A DNA stretch of 56,715 nucleotides. Origin: an uncultured Lachnospiraceae bacterium. Its GTDB lineage: Bacteria; Bacillota; Clostridia; Lachnospirales; Lachnospiraceae. Where the stretch lies: the NCBI GenBank assembly GCA_946536155.1, contig CAMNEB010000001.1, positions 1-56,715 of the forward strand, given 5' to 3'. The position numbers were made by a program, and so were the translations under genes. Under the pieces are notes generated by a model, which saw only the letters and a list, made by a program, of their open reading frames with translations, searched no databases and was not told the DNA's origin. Positions 27,914-37,388 of the stretch are shown here, piece by piece; positions within the stretch are counted from its first letter, which is position 1, and each line of letters opens with the position of its first letter.

Positions 27914-29317
27914 ATGGCCGCATTTTTCGGTGCCGACGATATATGGAAGATAAGTTCCGCAGACGATGAAAACGAGAGGGTGATCCTCGTCGGAGTGTTC
28001 ATCACGGGTGAAAGATCCGGCGCATCAGATGCGGGATCCGGAATGAGCGAATATGTTTCGGAAGCGGATTTTATGCATTCCCTCGATGAACTCTCAGAGC
28101 TTTCAAAGGCATGCAATATGAAGCCCGTATATACAGTGACCCAGGCCCTTCCGTACGCGGACAAAGCACTTTATGTAAGGTCCGGCAAGGCTGAGGAGAT
28201 CGCGGGATATGTAAGACAGTTTGAGGCGGAGAGAGTTATCTTTAACGATACCCTGTCCCCTTCACAGATAAGAAACCTTCAGAAAGCACTGAGCGTCCCC
28301 GTTACGGACCGCACCAGGCTTATACTCGATATTTTTGAGAGAAGGGCAAGGACAAGGGAAGCAAAGCTGCAGGTGGAACTTGCCAAGCTTGAATACCTGA
28401 AGCCCCGCCTTATCGGAATGTGGGAGACCCAGAACAGACAGGGCGGGGCATCCGGCGCCATGTCCAATAAGGGAGAAGGCGAGACCCAGCTGGAGATAGA
28501 CAGAAGGACCATCGATCACAGACTGGCCCAGCTCCGAAGGGAGATAAAGGAAGTCAGCAGGGAAAGACAGACCCAGCGAAAAAAGAGAAAAGAATCCGGC
28601 ATTCCTCTGGTTGCACTTGTCGGATATACCAATGCGGGCAAGTCCACCATCATGAATTCACTCATCGGAAAATGGACATCAGGGAGCTCTGCAGATGACA
28701 AAAAAGTATTTGAAGCAAATATGGTATTTGCCACACTTGACACCACTGTCAGAAAGATCTCACCTGAAAAAGGAAGGGAATTTCTGCTGTCAGATACCGT
28801 AGGATTTATAAGACATCTCCCCACCTCACTTGTGGAGGCTTTCAAGTCGACTCTCGAAGAGGTGACGGAGGCGGACCTCCTGCTGCAGGTGGTGGATGCA
28901 TCGGATGAATATTCGCCCGAACATATCGAGGTGACCAAAAAGACAATTGCAGACCTCGGGGCCGGCGGGATCCCCATGATCACGGTCTTTAACAAAGCTG
29001 ACCTCTGCGATCCTCCGATAGAATATCCGAGGCGGGGTCTTAAACAGGGTGATGCTGACGGAGTGACCAATGAAAATATCTACCTCTCCGCCAAAGATCC
29101 GTCATCCCTGGATCTTCTTACCTCCGTGATACTCGAAAAGCTTGAGGCAGACCATATAGAGACGGAATTCCTGATTCCCTATGACAAAGGAAACGTCCAG
29201 GCATTCCTCATAAAAAACTCGGGAGTCATCAAAACGGAATACCTGGACGCAGGTGTATATATAAAGGTTAACTGTAAAAAATCCGTTGCGGATAAAGTCT
29301 TACATATGCTGGGATGA
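27914..29317 (+). CDS. hflX: Ribosome-associated GTPase HflX
   Basis: LILDIFERRARTREAKLQVELA, GEGETQLEIDRR, GYTNAGKST, FATLD, DTVGFI and NKAD. AAGGAG RBS. Confidence 0.96.
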   Translation: MAAFFGADDIWKISSADDENERVILVGVFITGERSGASDAGSGMSEYVSEADFMHSLDELSELSKACNMKPVYTVTQALPYADKALYVRSGKAEEIAGYVRQFEAERVIFNDTLSPSQIRNLQKALSVPVTDRTRLILDIFERRARTREAKLQVELAKLEYLKPRLIGMWETQNRQGGASGAMSNKGEGETQLEIDRRTIDHRLAQLRREIKEVSRERQTQRKKRKESGIPLVALVGYTNAGKSTIMNSLIGKWTSGSSADDKKVFEANMVFATLDTTVRKISPEKGREFLLSDTVGFIRHLPTSLVEAFKSTLEEVTEADLLLQVVDASDEYSPEHIEVTKKTIADLGAGGIPMITVFNKADLCDPPIEYPRRGLKQGDADGVTNENIYLSAKDPSSLDLLTSVILEKLEADHIETEFLIPYDKGNVQAFLIKNSGVIKTEYLDAGVYIKVNCKKSVADKVLHMLG

Positions 29318-30601
29318 TCAGTCTTCCCAGATCTCGATGGGATGAACTTCATAGCAGAGGATCATAGCATCATACATTTCGGTGGGCACCATTTTTACCT
29401 GATGGTATATCTTAATGAAATGGTACAGTTCATGGAAATCCTCTCCGAGAGAGCCGGTTCTTACAGTGCGGTTTATCACTTTCCCGAGAGGGCTCGAAGG
29501 ATCGACCGAGTCAAAATCAAGGTAATACATGTTCTCAGGCATGTTTCCGACCTGATATGCGAGCACATCATCGGAGCAGAACTTTTCTAAAGTCCTTCCG
29601 TCAGGTGCGGGAAGATTATCCTCGGTAAGATAATAATCGGTTCCTATGGAGAAGTAGCTGTCGCCGTAATCCTCCTTCAGATATGCTCCGAGAAATGTAA
29701 ATCTCGTGGAGAGCTCCTCCGTCATATGATTATTGTGGCAGCCGATCATTATGCCGGAACCGTATTCGCTCTCCTCAAGCTCAAGGATCCTGTCAACGAT
29801 ATCCTTCATGGCCGTATCTCTGTATTCATGAAATCCGGTGGTGATCTTAACCTCAAGCTCCATGAAATCCTTTATGACAAGAGCGGCTATGCGGGCCTTC
29901 TCGATCTCGGTTTCCGAGGTCTTCCCGGCATACTCTTCATGATTCGCCTCAAGGTCTCCGCAGATCTCATCCATCAGAGCGATGATCTCATCATATCTTG
30001 ATGCATCATATGTATCATAGGAATCGCCCAGAAGCTCATCCATCTTCGATGAATAATCCTCATATTTTGCATCATCAATTCTTTTGTAGAGATTGCTGAT
30101 GTATATCTTGTCATCCGTATCCTTCTGGATATCCATTCCGTAGAGACGTACCCTGTCTTCTTCGGGAGCCGTCATATTATATTCTCTCATCCATTCGATG
30201 AGATCATACATCTGCTGCGTTCTGTAGATCCTGTATCCCAGATGCTTTACCAGTTCACGGGGATTACCCTCGCCTCCCTGGATATATTCATTTACGAGAG
30301 CGCATCCGCCGTAATCTCCTTCAAGGACAAGTGCCCTGATATCGGTATTTTCCACCAGCACTTTGAATACTTCGAGTTTGAGTTCCTGAAATTCCCTGTT
30401 TCCGTGAGTCGCCTCGCCTAAGGCAACGATCCTTGTCCCCTCAGGTATCCTGATGTTCTCCACAGATGTGACGGCAGTGTCAAATCCTTCGATCCTTCCA
30501 GGCTTTTTAAACAATGCGATGCATACGACCACCGCAGCTAAAAGCAGAACCGCAGCTGCGATGATCACCTTTGTATTTTTCTTCACTTTCTCTCTCCTCA
30601 T
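29318..30601 (-). CDS. Erythromycin esterase (Ere/ChaN-like) family protein with N-terminal signal/anchor
   Basis: IVALGEATHG, LVLEGD, LIEWMREYN, LYGMDIQ, RD..M and HNNH. Basic then hydrophobic N-terminus. Confidence 0.85.
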   Translation of the reverse strand: MRREKVKKNTKVIIAAAVLLLAAVVVCIALFKKPGRIEGFDTAVTSVENIRIPEGTRIVALGEATHGNREFQELKLEVFKVLVENTDIRALVLEGDYGGCALVNEYIQGGEGNPRELVKHLGYRIYRTQQMYDLIEWMREYNMTAPEEDRVRLYGMDIQKDTDDKIYISNLYKRIDDAKYEDYSSKMDELLGDSYDTYDASRYDEIIALMDEICGDLEANHEEYAGKTSETEIEKARIAALVIKDFMELEVKITTGFHEYRDTAMKDIVDRILELEESEYGSGIMIGCHNNHMTEELSTRFTFLGAYLKEDYGDSYFSIGTDYYLTEDNLPAPDGRTLEKFCSDDVLAYQVGNMPENMYYLDFDSVDPSSPLGKVINRTVRTGSLGEDFHELYHFIKIYHQVKMVPTEMYDAMILCYEVHPIEIWED

Positions 30602-30717
30602 AATTTATTGCAAACAATCCTTGTCCGGTTTTTACAGCATTATCTGTCTGTATTTTCCGGGCCTCTGAATGTCAGACAGCAGTGAGTATACCATCCGCAA
30701 ACTTTTCGTACAATCAA

Positions 30718-30755
30718 AAAAACCTTACAAAGACTTACGTTTTTGTAAGGTTTTT
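30718..30755. promoter_or_regulatory. Inverted repeat/CTTAC-repeat site between the divergent Ere-like and TraX genes
   Basis: 14-bp arms AAAAACCTTACAAA and TTTGTAAGGTTTTT. Internal CTTACG-N4-TGTAAG. Confidence 0.45.
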
Positions 30756-30864
30756 CACTCTTATATTCTCATTAAGATATCTTTAAATCATTTGAAATAC
30801 GTTATCCGTACGGATTTCATCTGATATAATGTGAATCAGTTTTGTTTTTGAAAGGAAATCTGAA

Positions 30865-31566
30865 ATGGAAAATCTCAAAAAGATCAACAGAACCTCTTTA
30901 AAATATCTCGTGATCGTCGCAATGCTCATCGACCATATCGCATGGGACTATGTCCCCACAGGATCCATCCCCGGGCAGATCATGCATTTCATCGGAAGAC
31001 TTACGGGTCCGGTAATGGCATACTTCCTTGCCGAAGGATATATACATACTCATGACAGAAAAAAATATGCCATTCGTCTCGGTATATTTGCTCTCATCTC
31101 ATGGATCCCCTACAGCCTTCACTCCGCAGGTTACTGGCCCTCCATTCGGATGAGCGTCATCTACAGCCTTTTCCTCGGTTTCATATGTCTGTGGATGTGG
31201 GATAAGGCGAAACTCCCCAAAGCCGTGAAGATACTGTTCACAGTACTTCTGTGCATCGTCTCCTGCATAGGTGACTGGGCATTTTTCGATGTGCTGTGGC
31301 CGCTGTTTTTCTTCATTTACAGAGATGACCCCAAAAAGAAATGGATCGCATATTCCATCGTGGCATTCTTCGCCGCATTCATCCCCATCCTTGCAGGCGG
31401 TATCAGCAATCTGTTCCAGATCGGTGTCTATATGGTACCCTTCATCATCACATTTTTCTACAACGGAGAGGGCGGCAAAAAAAGCGCATTCAATAAATGG
31501 TTCTTCTACATCTTCTATCCGCTTCACCTGTTTATCTTATATCTGCTGAAGGCATTTGTTTTCTGA
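30865..31566 (+). CDS. TraX-family membrane protein (putative acyltransferase)
   Basis: LKYLVIVAMLIDHI, IGRLTGP, LAEGYIHT, YNGEGG and FFYIFYPLHL. Confidence 0.85.
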   Translation: MENLKKINRTSLKYLVIVAMLIDHIAWDYVPTGSIPGQIMHFIGRLTGPVMAYFLAEGYIHTHDRKKYAIRLGIFALISWIPYSLHSAGYWPSIRMSVIYSLFLGFICLWMWDKAKLPKAVKILFTVLLCIVSCIGDWAFFDVLWPLFFFIYRDDPKKKWIAYSIVAFFAAFIPILAGGISNLFQIGVYMVPFIITFFYNGEGGKKSAFNKWFFYIFYPLHLFILYLLKAFVF

Positions 31567-31586
31567 CAGAGGTGTCAGTTCAGACA

Positions 31587-32966
31587 TCAGATCTTGATCT
31601 TTACCCACTTGCCCATTCTGTATCTGATGCTTGCAAAGATGAATCTCGAGAGCTGATCGGCCAGAACTCCCAGCCATATGCCCACAATCCCGAATCCCAG
31701 CACGAATCCGCCTATCCAGGATACGAGGGTTCTTATTACGGTAACGGACATTGTCGCAGCAAATGCGGTATAAAGCGTATCGCCTGCGCCCCTTAAGCAT
31801 CCCATGTAAATGACCTGGATTATCTGGAAGAGTACGACAAAGATTATGACTCTCATTATTGATACGCCGATATCAATGATATGGGGCTCCGCAAAGAACA
31901 TGGACATGAGCCATCTTGCTCCGAAGAAATAGAAGAGTATGAGCACGCAGGCTATCATGATCCCGAATGCCTTGCAGGTGCGGCCGTATTCCCTGGCTCT
32001 GTCCGGATCTCCTTCACCCAGCGATCTTCCGATGAGCGCCACCGCAGCAGCCTGCAGTCCGTCTCCGAAGCTGAAGGTAAGACCCATAAGATTCATGCCG
32101 ACCTGGTGAGCGGCCATGGAATCCATGCCCATTTTGGCAGCCATGACTGCGGTCGCCATAAATCCGATCCTCATGAGCATCTGCTCGAAAAAGATACCGT
32201 ACCCCACCTTTACAAGACTTACGAATGCGGAGGAAGACGCCTTCAGCCTGTTTGCAAAAATATAGGGAATGCTCACGAAGGTATCCTTCCCCCTTATGGA
32301 GAGGATACTCATAACGGAAGAGACCACCGTACCTGAGACCGTCGCAAGAGCCGCGCCCACTATGCCAAGTGCGGGGAATCCGAAATGTCCCTCTATCAGA
32401 AGGTAATTAAGTACGATGTTCACAACATTTGAAGTAACATTTGTCCTCATGGTGATCCTGGTATTTCCGGCTCCGCGCTGCGCGGAGTTTATCACCATCT
32501 GAACGCAGTTGAATATCATTCCGCCCATAATGATGCGGAAGTACGTGACTGCGGCATTGTGAGTCATTATATCGGATGCCGTTTCATGCGATGAACCGCA
32601 CAGTCTGATGATCGGATCCGCAGCAGTCACAAACAGGATGCTGAGAATGGCAGCTGCCGAAACAACAAACAACCCGGCAGTCAGAAAGATCCTGTTTGCA
32701 TCCTCCCTCTGTTTTTCTCCGAAACGTCTGGCCACCAGTGCGGAGACCGAAACATTGACCGCAAAAAACAGCGACAGTCCCATGAACTTGGGCTGTGTCG
32801 TAAGTCCCACAGCAGCCACCGCATAAGAGCCCAGACGGCTCACCATCAGTGAATCCACAAGGCCCGCAAATGCCACAAAAAAAGACTCGACGATCGCAGG
32901 CCAGGCCATGGCGATCACCGTTTTGAAATTTTCCCTGCTGTATCCCTTTATTCCCGGAATATTCAT
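31587..32966 (-). CDS. MATE family efflux transporter
   Basis: AWPAIVE...VDSLMVSRLGSYAVAAVG, RGAGNT, LGIVGAALAT and LRGAGDT. Confidence 0.92.
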   Translation of the reverse strand: MNIPGIKGYSRENFKTVIAMAWPAIVESFFVAFAGLVDSLMVSRLGSYAVAAVGLTTQPKFMGLSLFFAVNVSVSALVARRFGEKQREDANRIFLTAGLFVVSAAAILSILFVTAADPIIRLCGSSHETASDIMTHNAAVTYFRIIMGGMIFNCVQMVINSAQRGAGNTRITMRTNVTSNVVNIVLNYLLIEGHFGFPALGIVGAALATVSGTVVSSVMSILSIRGKDTFVSIPYIFANRLKASSSAFVSLVKVGYGIFFEQMLMRIGFMATAVMAAKMGMDSMAAHQVGMNLMGLTFSFGDGLQAAAVALIGRSLGEGDPDRAREYGRTCKAFGIMIACVLILFYFFGARWLMSMFFAEPHIIDIGVSIMRVIIFVVLFQIIQVIYMGCLRGAGDTLYTAFAATMSVTVIRTLVSWIGGFVLGFGIVGIWLGVLADQLSRFIFASIRYRMGKWVKIKI

Positions 32967-32967
32967 A

Positions 32968-33026
32968 TAAAAAGATCTCCCTGTTTTCGCATGTATCTAT
33001 TATACGAAAACGGGGAGATTATTCCA
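32968..33026 (-). terminator. Terminator of the ABC permease containing a nested promoter for the MATE gene
   Basis: Minus strand ATCTCCCCGTTTTCG...CGAAAACAGGGAGAT followed by CTTTTTA. TTGGAA-17 bp-TATAAT overlaps the 5' arm and loop. Confidence 0.6.
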
Positions 33027-33028
33027 AA

Positions 33029-35743
33029 TCATTCTCTGTTCTTGAGGACCTCGGCAGGCGTCATGCGATTCAGTCTGCCTGTAAGGACCAGACTGACAAG
33101 GGTGTAGAACACCATGATCGCCGCAAATATCACCGGATAATAATACCACTCAAACTTAAGATATATCCCGCAGGCAACATTCGGAACAAAGACCGGGAAT
33201 ATCTTATCGGTAATGAGCTTGGCAAGAGGGATACTGATAAGTGCTCCGATCATCACCGCAATTCTGTTTCCGTCAAGATAGAGTTTTTTCACCTCTCCTC
33301 TCCTGAACCCGAATATCTTCACCAGAGAGATACCGAAGGAAGCTCTGTCGATCATGACCGATGTCATAAGAAACATCACAAGACTGAAGATCACGGTGCT
33401 CATCACGATCAGCAGCGTATAAAGAGGGGCCAAAAGATCCACAAAAACGCCGGATGCCTTGACTATATCCGCCTTATCGGTCACGGAGTACAGTCTTCCC
33501 TCTTCTATATCCAGCTCATGATCTGACATTACCGCATTATAGTAGTCATCATCCTTACCGAAGAGTTCCCTGCTGCTGTCTATATCCATAAATACCGTAA
33601 GTCCCGAGGAATACGGAACTATCCCTTCGACCGTAAATGCATGATCCATATCATCCGCATTATCCGTGAGAATGAATTTATCCCCTTCCTTAAGGTCATA
33701 TCTCGTGGCCACGGCATCGGATATTATCACCTTATTCTTACCCTCTGCCACCTTCACATCTATGTAGGGATTATCATCATCTATCCCCATCACAGTAATA
33801 TCCAGTGTATATCCAAGTTCTTCTCTCTGAAGCGAAGTCACAAAAACCGCTTCTCCGCCCTCCGGAATCTCCTTCGGAGGATACTTAAAGGTGTACATAT
33901 ACTGATAATGCGTATCCTCTACCGGCCTGTCTCCCATATTCCGGCACAGAACATAACAGTTCATACCCATCATCAGGAGCATAAGGGATATGACCATACC
34001 GATCACCACGGTAAGGACCGTCCTTCTCTCGCGGATCATCTGTCTTATCCTGAATTTTCTTATAAAAGGCATTTCGGGGAGTGATATATCCCTGCCCCTT
34101 GAGGCTTTCTGCTCATTTTTTATGAGGGAGAGAGCCGTTCTCGACAGACTCTTGTTGATAACGAGATAATTGACGATGATACTGACAAGAGGGGGCATGA
34201 CGACCGCATATACGATCAGATACGCAGGGACGACCCTGTCAAACACCGGTATGGAATAATATCCGTATGAATCCGATGTCTGCCAGCTGCTCCCGAGCCC
34301 GCTGAGTCCAAGCGATGCTCCGCATATCCCGCCTGCAAGGGATATCACTGTAGGCATCAGGATATAGTGCTTAAGAAGATCCTTTTTTTTCACGCCGAGT
34401 GCATATAAAGCCCCGATGGTGCTGCTCTCTTCCCTTATCTGATTTATCACGAACACGGAGAGCACATACGTAAACAACATGATCACGATGATCCCGGCAA
34501 ACAGACCCACCGTTTTATTGATCTCTATATCACCGGCTGCCCCTCCGACCCTGAGATTGTCCTCCTGAAGAAGGAATTCCGTCAGATTGTCGGGCGATTC
34601 ACTGAATATCTCATCCAGCATCTCATCAGACTTATCCCGGAGTTCCTTTACGCCGTCATACAGCTCCTCCGCCCCGTCACGAAGCTCCATGCTCCCGTCG
34701 CGAAGCTCCCCTGCTCCGTCAGAAAGTTCCGAAGCTCCGTCATAGGCTTCATGTACCGCATCATTGACATCCGAGACCCCGTCAAAGATTTTTCCGGCAC
34801 CGGGGATCACCGCAGATAATTTTACGAAACCGCGTGAAGCATCATTAAGTTTATCCGTACCATCTGACAGTTCCTCCAATCCGTCCCTGAGGCTGACCGT
34901 ACCATCATACAGCTCCCCTGCTCCGTCAGAAAGTTCGCAGCTTCCGTCATACAGCTCTTTGCTTCCGCTTAAAAGTTCCTCTATACCATCTGTTATCTCA
35001 TCCCTTTTTCCGTAGGTATCTTCCAAAAGCTCTATATAATACGGATCATCGACGGATTTATAGTCAAACTCAAAATCCATTATCATCTGCTTTAAGTCAT
35101 CCGCATCCGTTTCCCCGTTCAGAATAAATGCATATGTAAGCTCCTCACTGCCGGCCCTTCCCTTGCTCCGGAGATATTCATATCCTTCGGGAGAAACAAA
35201 TCCCGTTCCAAAGATCGTACTGTCCACAGCAGTATCCGAGAGTTTCTTAAGAGGGGCATCATAATCTGCGGAGCTTCCGATACCGGTCACCGTCACCGCC
35301 AGATTACCGACTGTTATGACATTTCCGACATGTATGTCATGTTCCTCGCAATATCTTTTTTCCAGTACTATCTCATTCTCCGCAGAGGCAAGTCTGCCTT
35401 CATCAAGGACCTGGATATCTACCGCTTCCCTGTTTTCAAATATCCTTATCACCGATCCGTCCTCAAGCGTCAGATCATAGCTGAAATGAGGCTCCACGGT
35501 AACTCCGGTATTCCTTATCGTTTCCAGCTCTGCATCGGATAATCTGTCGAAGACGGTAAACTGACCGTCCTCCAGATGACTTTCGATCTGATTTTTTTCC
35601 GTACCCCTTATGACGATCTCGGCGGCATCCACCAGGGCAATGACTATGTACATGCAAAGAGCGATCATCAAAAAGAGTGAACCCAGTCTGAAAAAATCCG
35701 CTCTTATCTGTCTTGGAAATCTTTTTCTCAATACTCTGTTCAT
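33029..35743 (-). CDS. FtsX-like ABC transporter permease with X-X-X-Leu-X-X-Gly heptad repeats
   Basis: Two FtsX TM blocks (IGALYALG; ISLVKIFGF) and large extracellular domains. ELYDG/ELSDG heptads. Confidence 0.88.
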   Translation of the reverse strand: MNRVLRKRFPRQIRADFFRLGSLFLMIALCMYIVIALVDAAEIVIRGTEKNQIESHLEDGQFTVFDRLSDAELETIRNTGVTVEPHFSYDLTLEDGSVIRIFENREAVDIQVLDEGRLASAENEIVLEKRYCEEHDIHVGNVITVGNLAVTVTGIGSSADYDAPLKKLSDTAVDSTIFGTGFVSPEGYEYLRSKGRAGSEELTYAFILNGETDADDLKQMIMDFEFDYKSVDDPYYIELLEDTYGKRDEITDGIEELLSGSKELYDGSCELSDGAGELYDGTVSLRDGLEELSDGTDKLNDASRGFVKLSAVIPGAGKIFDGVSDVNDAVHEAYDGASELSDGAGELRDGSMELRDGAEELYDGVKELRDKSDEMLDEIFSESPDNLTEFLLQEDNLRVGGAAGDIEINKTVGLFAGIIVIMLFTYVLSVFVINQIREESSTIGALYALGVKKKDLLKHYILMPTVISLAGGICGASLGLSGLGSSWQTSDSYGYYSIPVFDRVVPAYLIVYAVVMPPLVSIIVNYLVINKSLSRTALSLIKNEQKASRGRDISLPEMPFIRKFRIRQMIRERRTVLTVVIGMVISLMLLMMGMNCYVLCRNMGDRPVEDTHYQYMYTFKYPPKEIPEGGEAVFVTSLQREELGYTLDITVMGIDDDNPYIDVKVAEGKNKVIISDAVATRYDLKEGDKFILTDNADDMDHAFTVEGIVPYSSGLTVFMDIDSSRELFGKDDDYYNAVMSDHELDIEEGRLYSVTDKADIVKASGVFVDLLAPLYTLLIVMSTVIFSLVMFLMTSVMIDRASFGISLVKIFGFRRGEVKKLYLDGNRIAVMIGALISIPLAKLITDKIFPVFVPNVACGIYLKFEWYYYPVIFAAIMVFYTLVSLVLTGRLNRMTPAEVLKNRE

Positions 35744-36444
35744 TACAGATCCTCCAATTCGCAGGCGGGAATCCTGGTCTCGTTAAGATACTCGGTTTTG
35801 ACGATGCCGTCCTTAAGGAAGATGACCTTATGCACCATGTTCTTTATCGAGTTGTTATGGGTAACTATGAGCATGGTCGTCCCGTACTTTTTGTTGATCT
35901 CTTCAAGCAGCACGAGGATGTCTCTTGAAGTATTGGAATCAAGCGCGCCGGTGGGTTCATCGCAGAGGAGCAGCTTGGGATTTTTGATCAGGGCTCTGGC
36001 TATTGCACATCTCTGCTGCTGTCCCCCGGAGAGCTGTGCGGGAAATTTGTTCTGATGCTCCGCAAGTCCCAGCACATCCAGGAGCTCATCCATGTTCAGA
36101 GGATCTTTTGTCAGATATTCGCACACCTGGATATTCTCTTTTACCGTCAGGTTCGGAACAAGGTTATAGAACTGGAAGATAAAACCCAGGTTGTCCCTTC
36201 TGTAATCGGAAAGAGCATTGTTCTTCATGCCGAAGATCTCTGTCCCGTCCACCTTTATGGACCCCGAATCCATGGTGTCCAGTCCGCCTATGCAGTTTAA
36301 CAGCGTGGATTTTCCCGAGCCGGAAGTGCCCTGTATTACACACATCTGCCCCTTCTCTACTCCCGTGCTCACGCCCTTAAGTACCTGAACATAACTGCCA
36401 CCTGTTCCGTAGCTTTTTTTGACATCCCTGATCTCAAGATACAT
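35743..36444 (-). CDS. ABC transporter ATP-binding protein (LolD/MacB type)
   Basis: GTSGSGKST, GFIFQFYNL, LSGGQQQR and CDEPTGALD. Confidence 0.95.
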   Translation of the reverse strand: MYLEIRDVKKSYGTGGSYVQVLKGVSTGVEKGQMCVIQGTSGSGKSTLLNCIGGLDTMDSGSIKVDGTEIFGMKNNALSDYRRDNLGFIFQFYNLVPNLTVKENIQVCEYLTKDPLNMDELLDVLGLAEHQNKFPAQLSGGQQQRCAIARALIKNPKLLLCDEPTGALDSNTSRDILVLLEEINKKYGTTMLIVTHNNSIKNMVHKVIFLKDGIVKTEYLNETRIPACELEDL

Positions 36445-36466
36445 TTTCTCATTTCCTCTCTTTCAG

Positions 36467-36481
36467 CATAACATTGTTATG
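36467..36481. promoter_or_regulatory. Putative TetR operator upstream of the ABC operon
   Basis: CATAACATTGTTATG dyad. It shares ATAAC-N3-GTTA with the palindrome upstream of the TetR gene. Confidence 0.65.
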
Positions 36482-36596
36482 TAAATGTTATTTTTTTCCG
36501 CTTCCCCCAAAACCGGCTATCCGGCCGGGAGGAAGCGGTCATTTCAGACGATCTGTTTTCTTATGATGATCATTTTTATTGACCATTTTTATTGAT

Positions 36597-37223
36597 CTAT
36601 TTTTTTATCATCACCAGCTGCACCCAGCCCATCACGAGATAATTCAGGATCCCCGCCAGCCTCTGCTTGGCTTTTTTTACATTTTTTTCATGCTTTATGA
36701 CGTGGATAAAGGCATCGATGGAGATGTGTGCCATCCAGTGGGACATGTATTCATCGTATGTATAACCGTGCATGGCTGCCATCATGGGCGGGATGGATCC
36801 TTCCACCATCTCAACTATCTCATCAACAACATTTTCGTAGACCGTATTCTCCGATGCCGTGAGAAGAAGCATGAAACTGTCGTAATTATCGTATATATAT
36901 CCGACGATCCTGTCGCTGATCTCACTGTGATCCATATCGAGCCCTTCAAGTGTATCAAGGGCTTTCATATTCTCAACATCTTCCCTGAAGTGCTCTGTCA
37001 GGATCTTCTTAAGTCCGTTCAGAGGAGGATCCACTATTGCGGAAAACAGGTCCGCCTTATTTTCAAAGAAAAAATAAAGCGCCCCGGTGGTGACACCGGC
37101 ATCCGCACATATGCTCCGCAGCGAAGCCTTATTGTAACCCTTCTCAAGGAATTCCTTCTTAGCCGACTCTATGAGGAGTTCCCTGGTCCCCTGATCGTTT
37201 TCTCTTTTCATCGGATCCACCAT
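36597..37223 (-). CDS. TetR/AcrR-family transcriptional regulator
   Basis: AKKEFLEKGYNKASLRSICADAGVTTGALYFFFENKADLF. Confidence 0.94.
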   Translation of the reverse strand: MVDPMKRENDQGTRELLIESAKKEFLEKGYNKASLRSICADAGVTTGALYFFFENKADLFSAIVDPPLNGLKKILTEHFREDVENMKALDTLEGLDMDHSEISDRIVGYIYDNYDSFMLLLTASENTVYENVVDEIVEMVEGSIPPMMAAMHGYTYDEYMSHWMAHISIDAFIHVIKHEKNVKKAKQRLAGILNYLVMGWVQLVMIKK

Positions 37224-37229
37224 AAAAAC

Positions 37230-37261
37230 AGGATAACATCGTTACGTAACGATGTTATCCT
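37230..37261. promoter_or_regulatory. Perfect 32-bp palindrome (putative tandem TetR operators)
   Basis: AGGATAACATCGTTACGTAACGATGTTATCCT, immediately upstream of the TetR start. Confidence 0.75.
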
Positions 37262-37388
37262 ACATTATTCTGCTTTTTGTGTCAATATTCTTTTTCGGGA
37301 ACCGCCAAAGACCTTTACTATTCTGTTATCTTTCGCCCAAAATATGTTCCGGATCCGGCTGTATGCCGATTCCGTTTTTTACCGTGAT

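Noticed and set aside
30865-31566. TraX as evidence of a conjugative element
   Set aside because: No relaxase, T4SS, integrase or att repeats are present. TraX-family genes are common stand-alone chromosomal genes.
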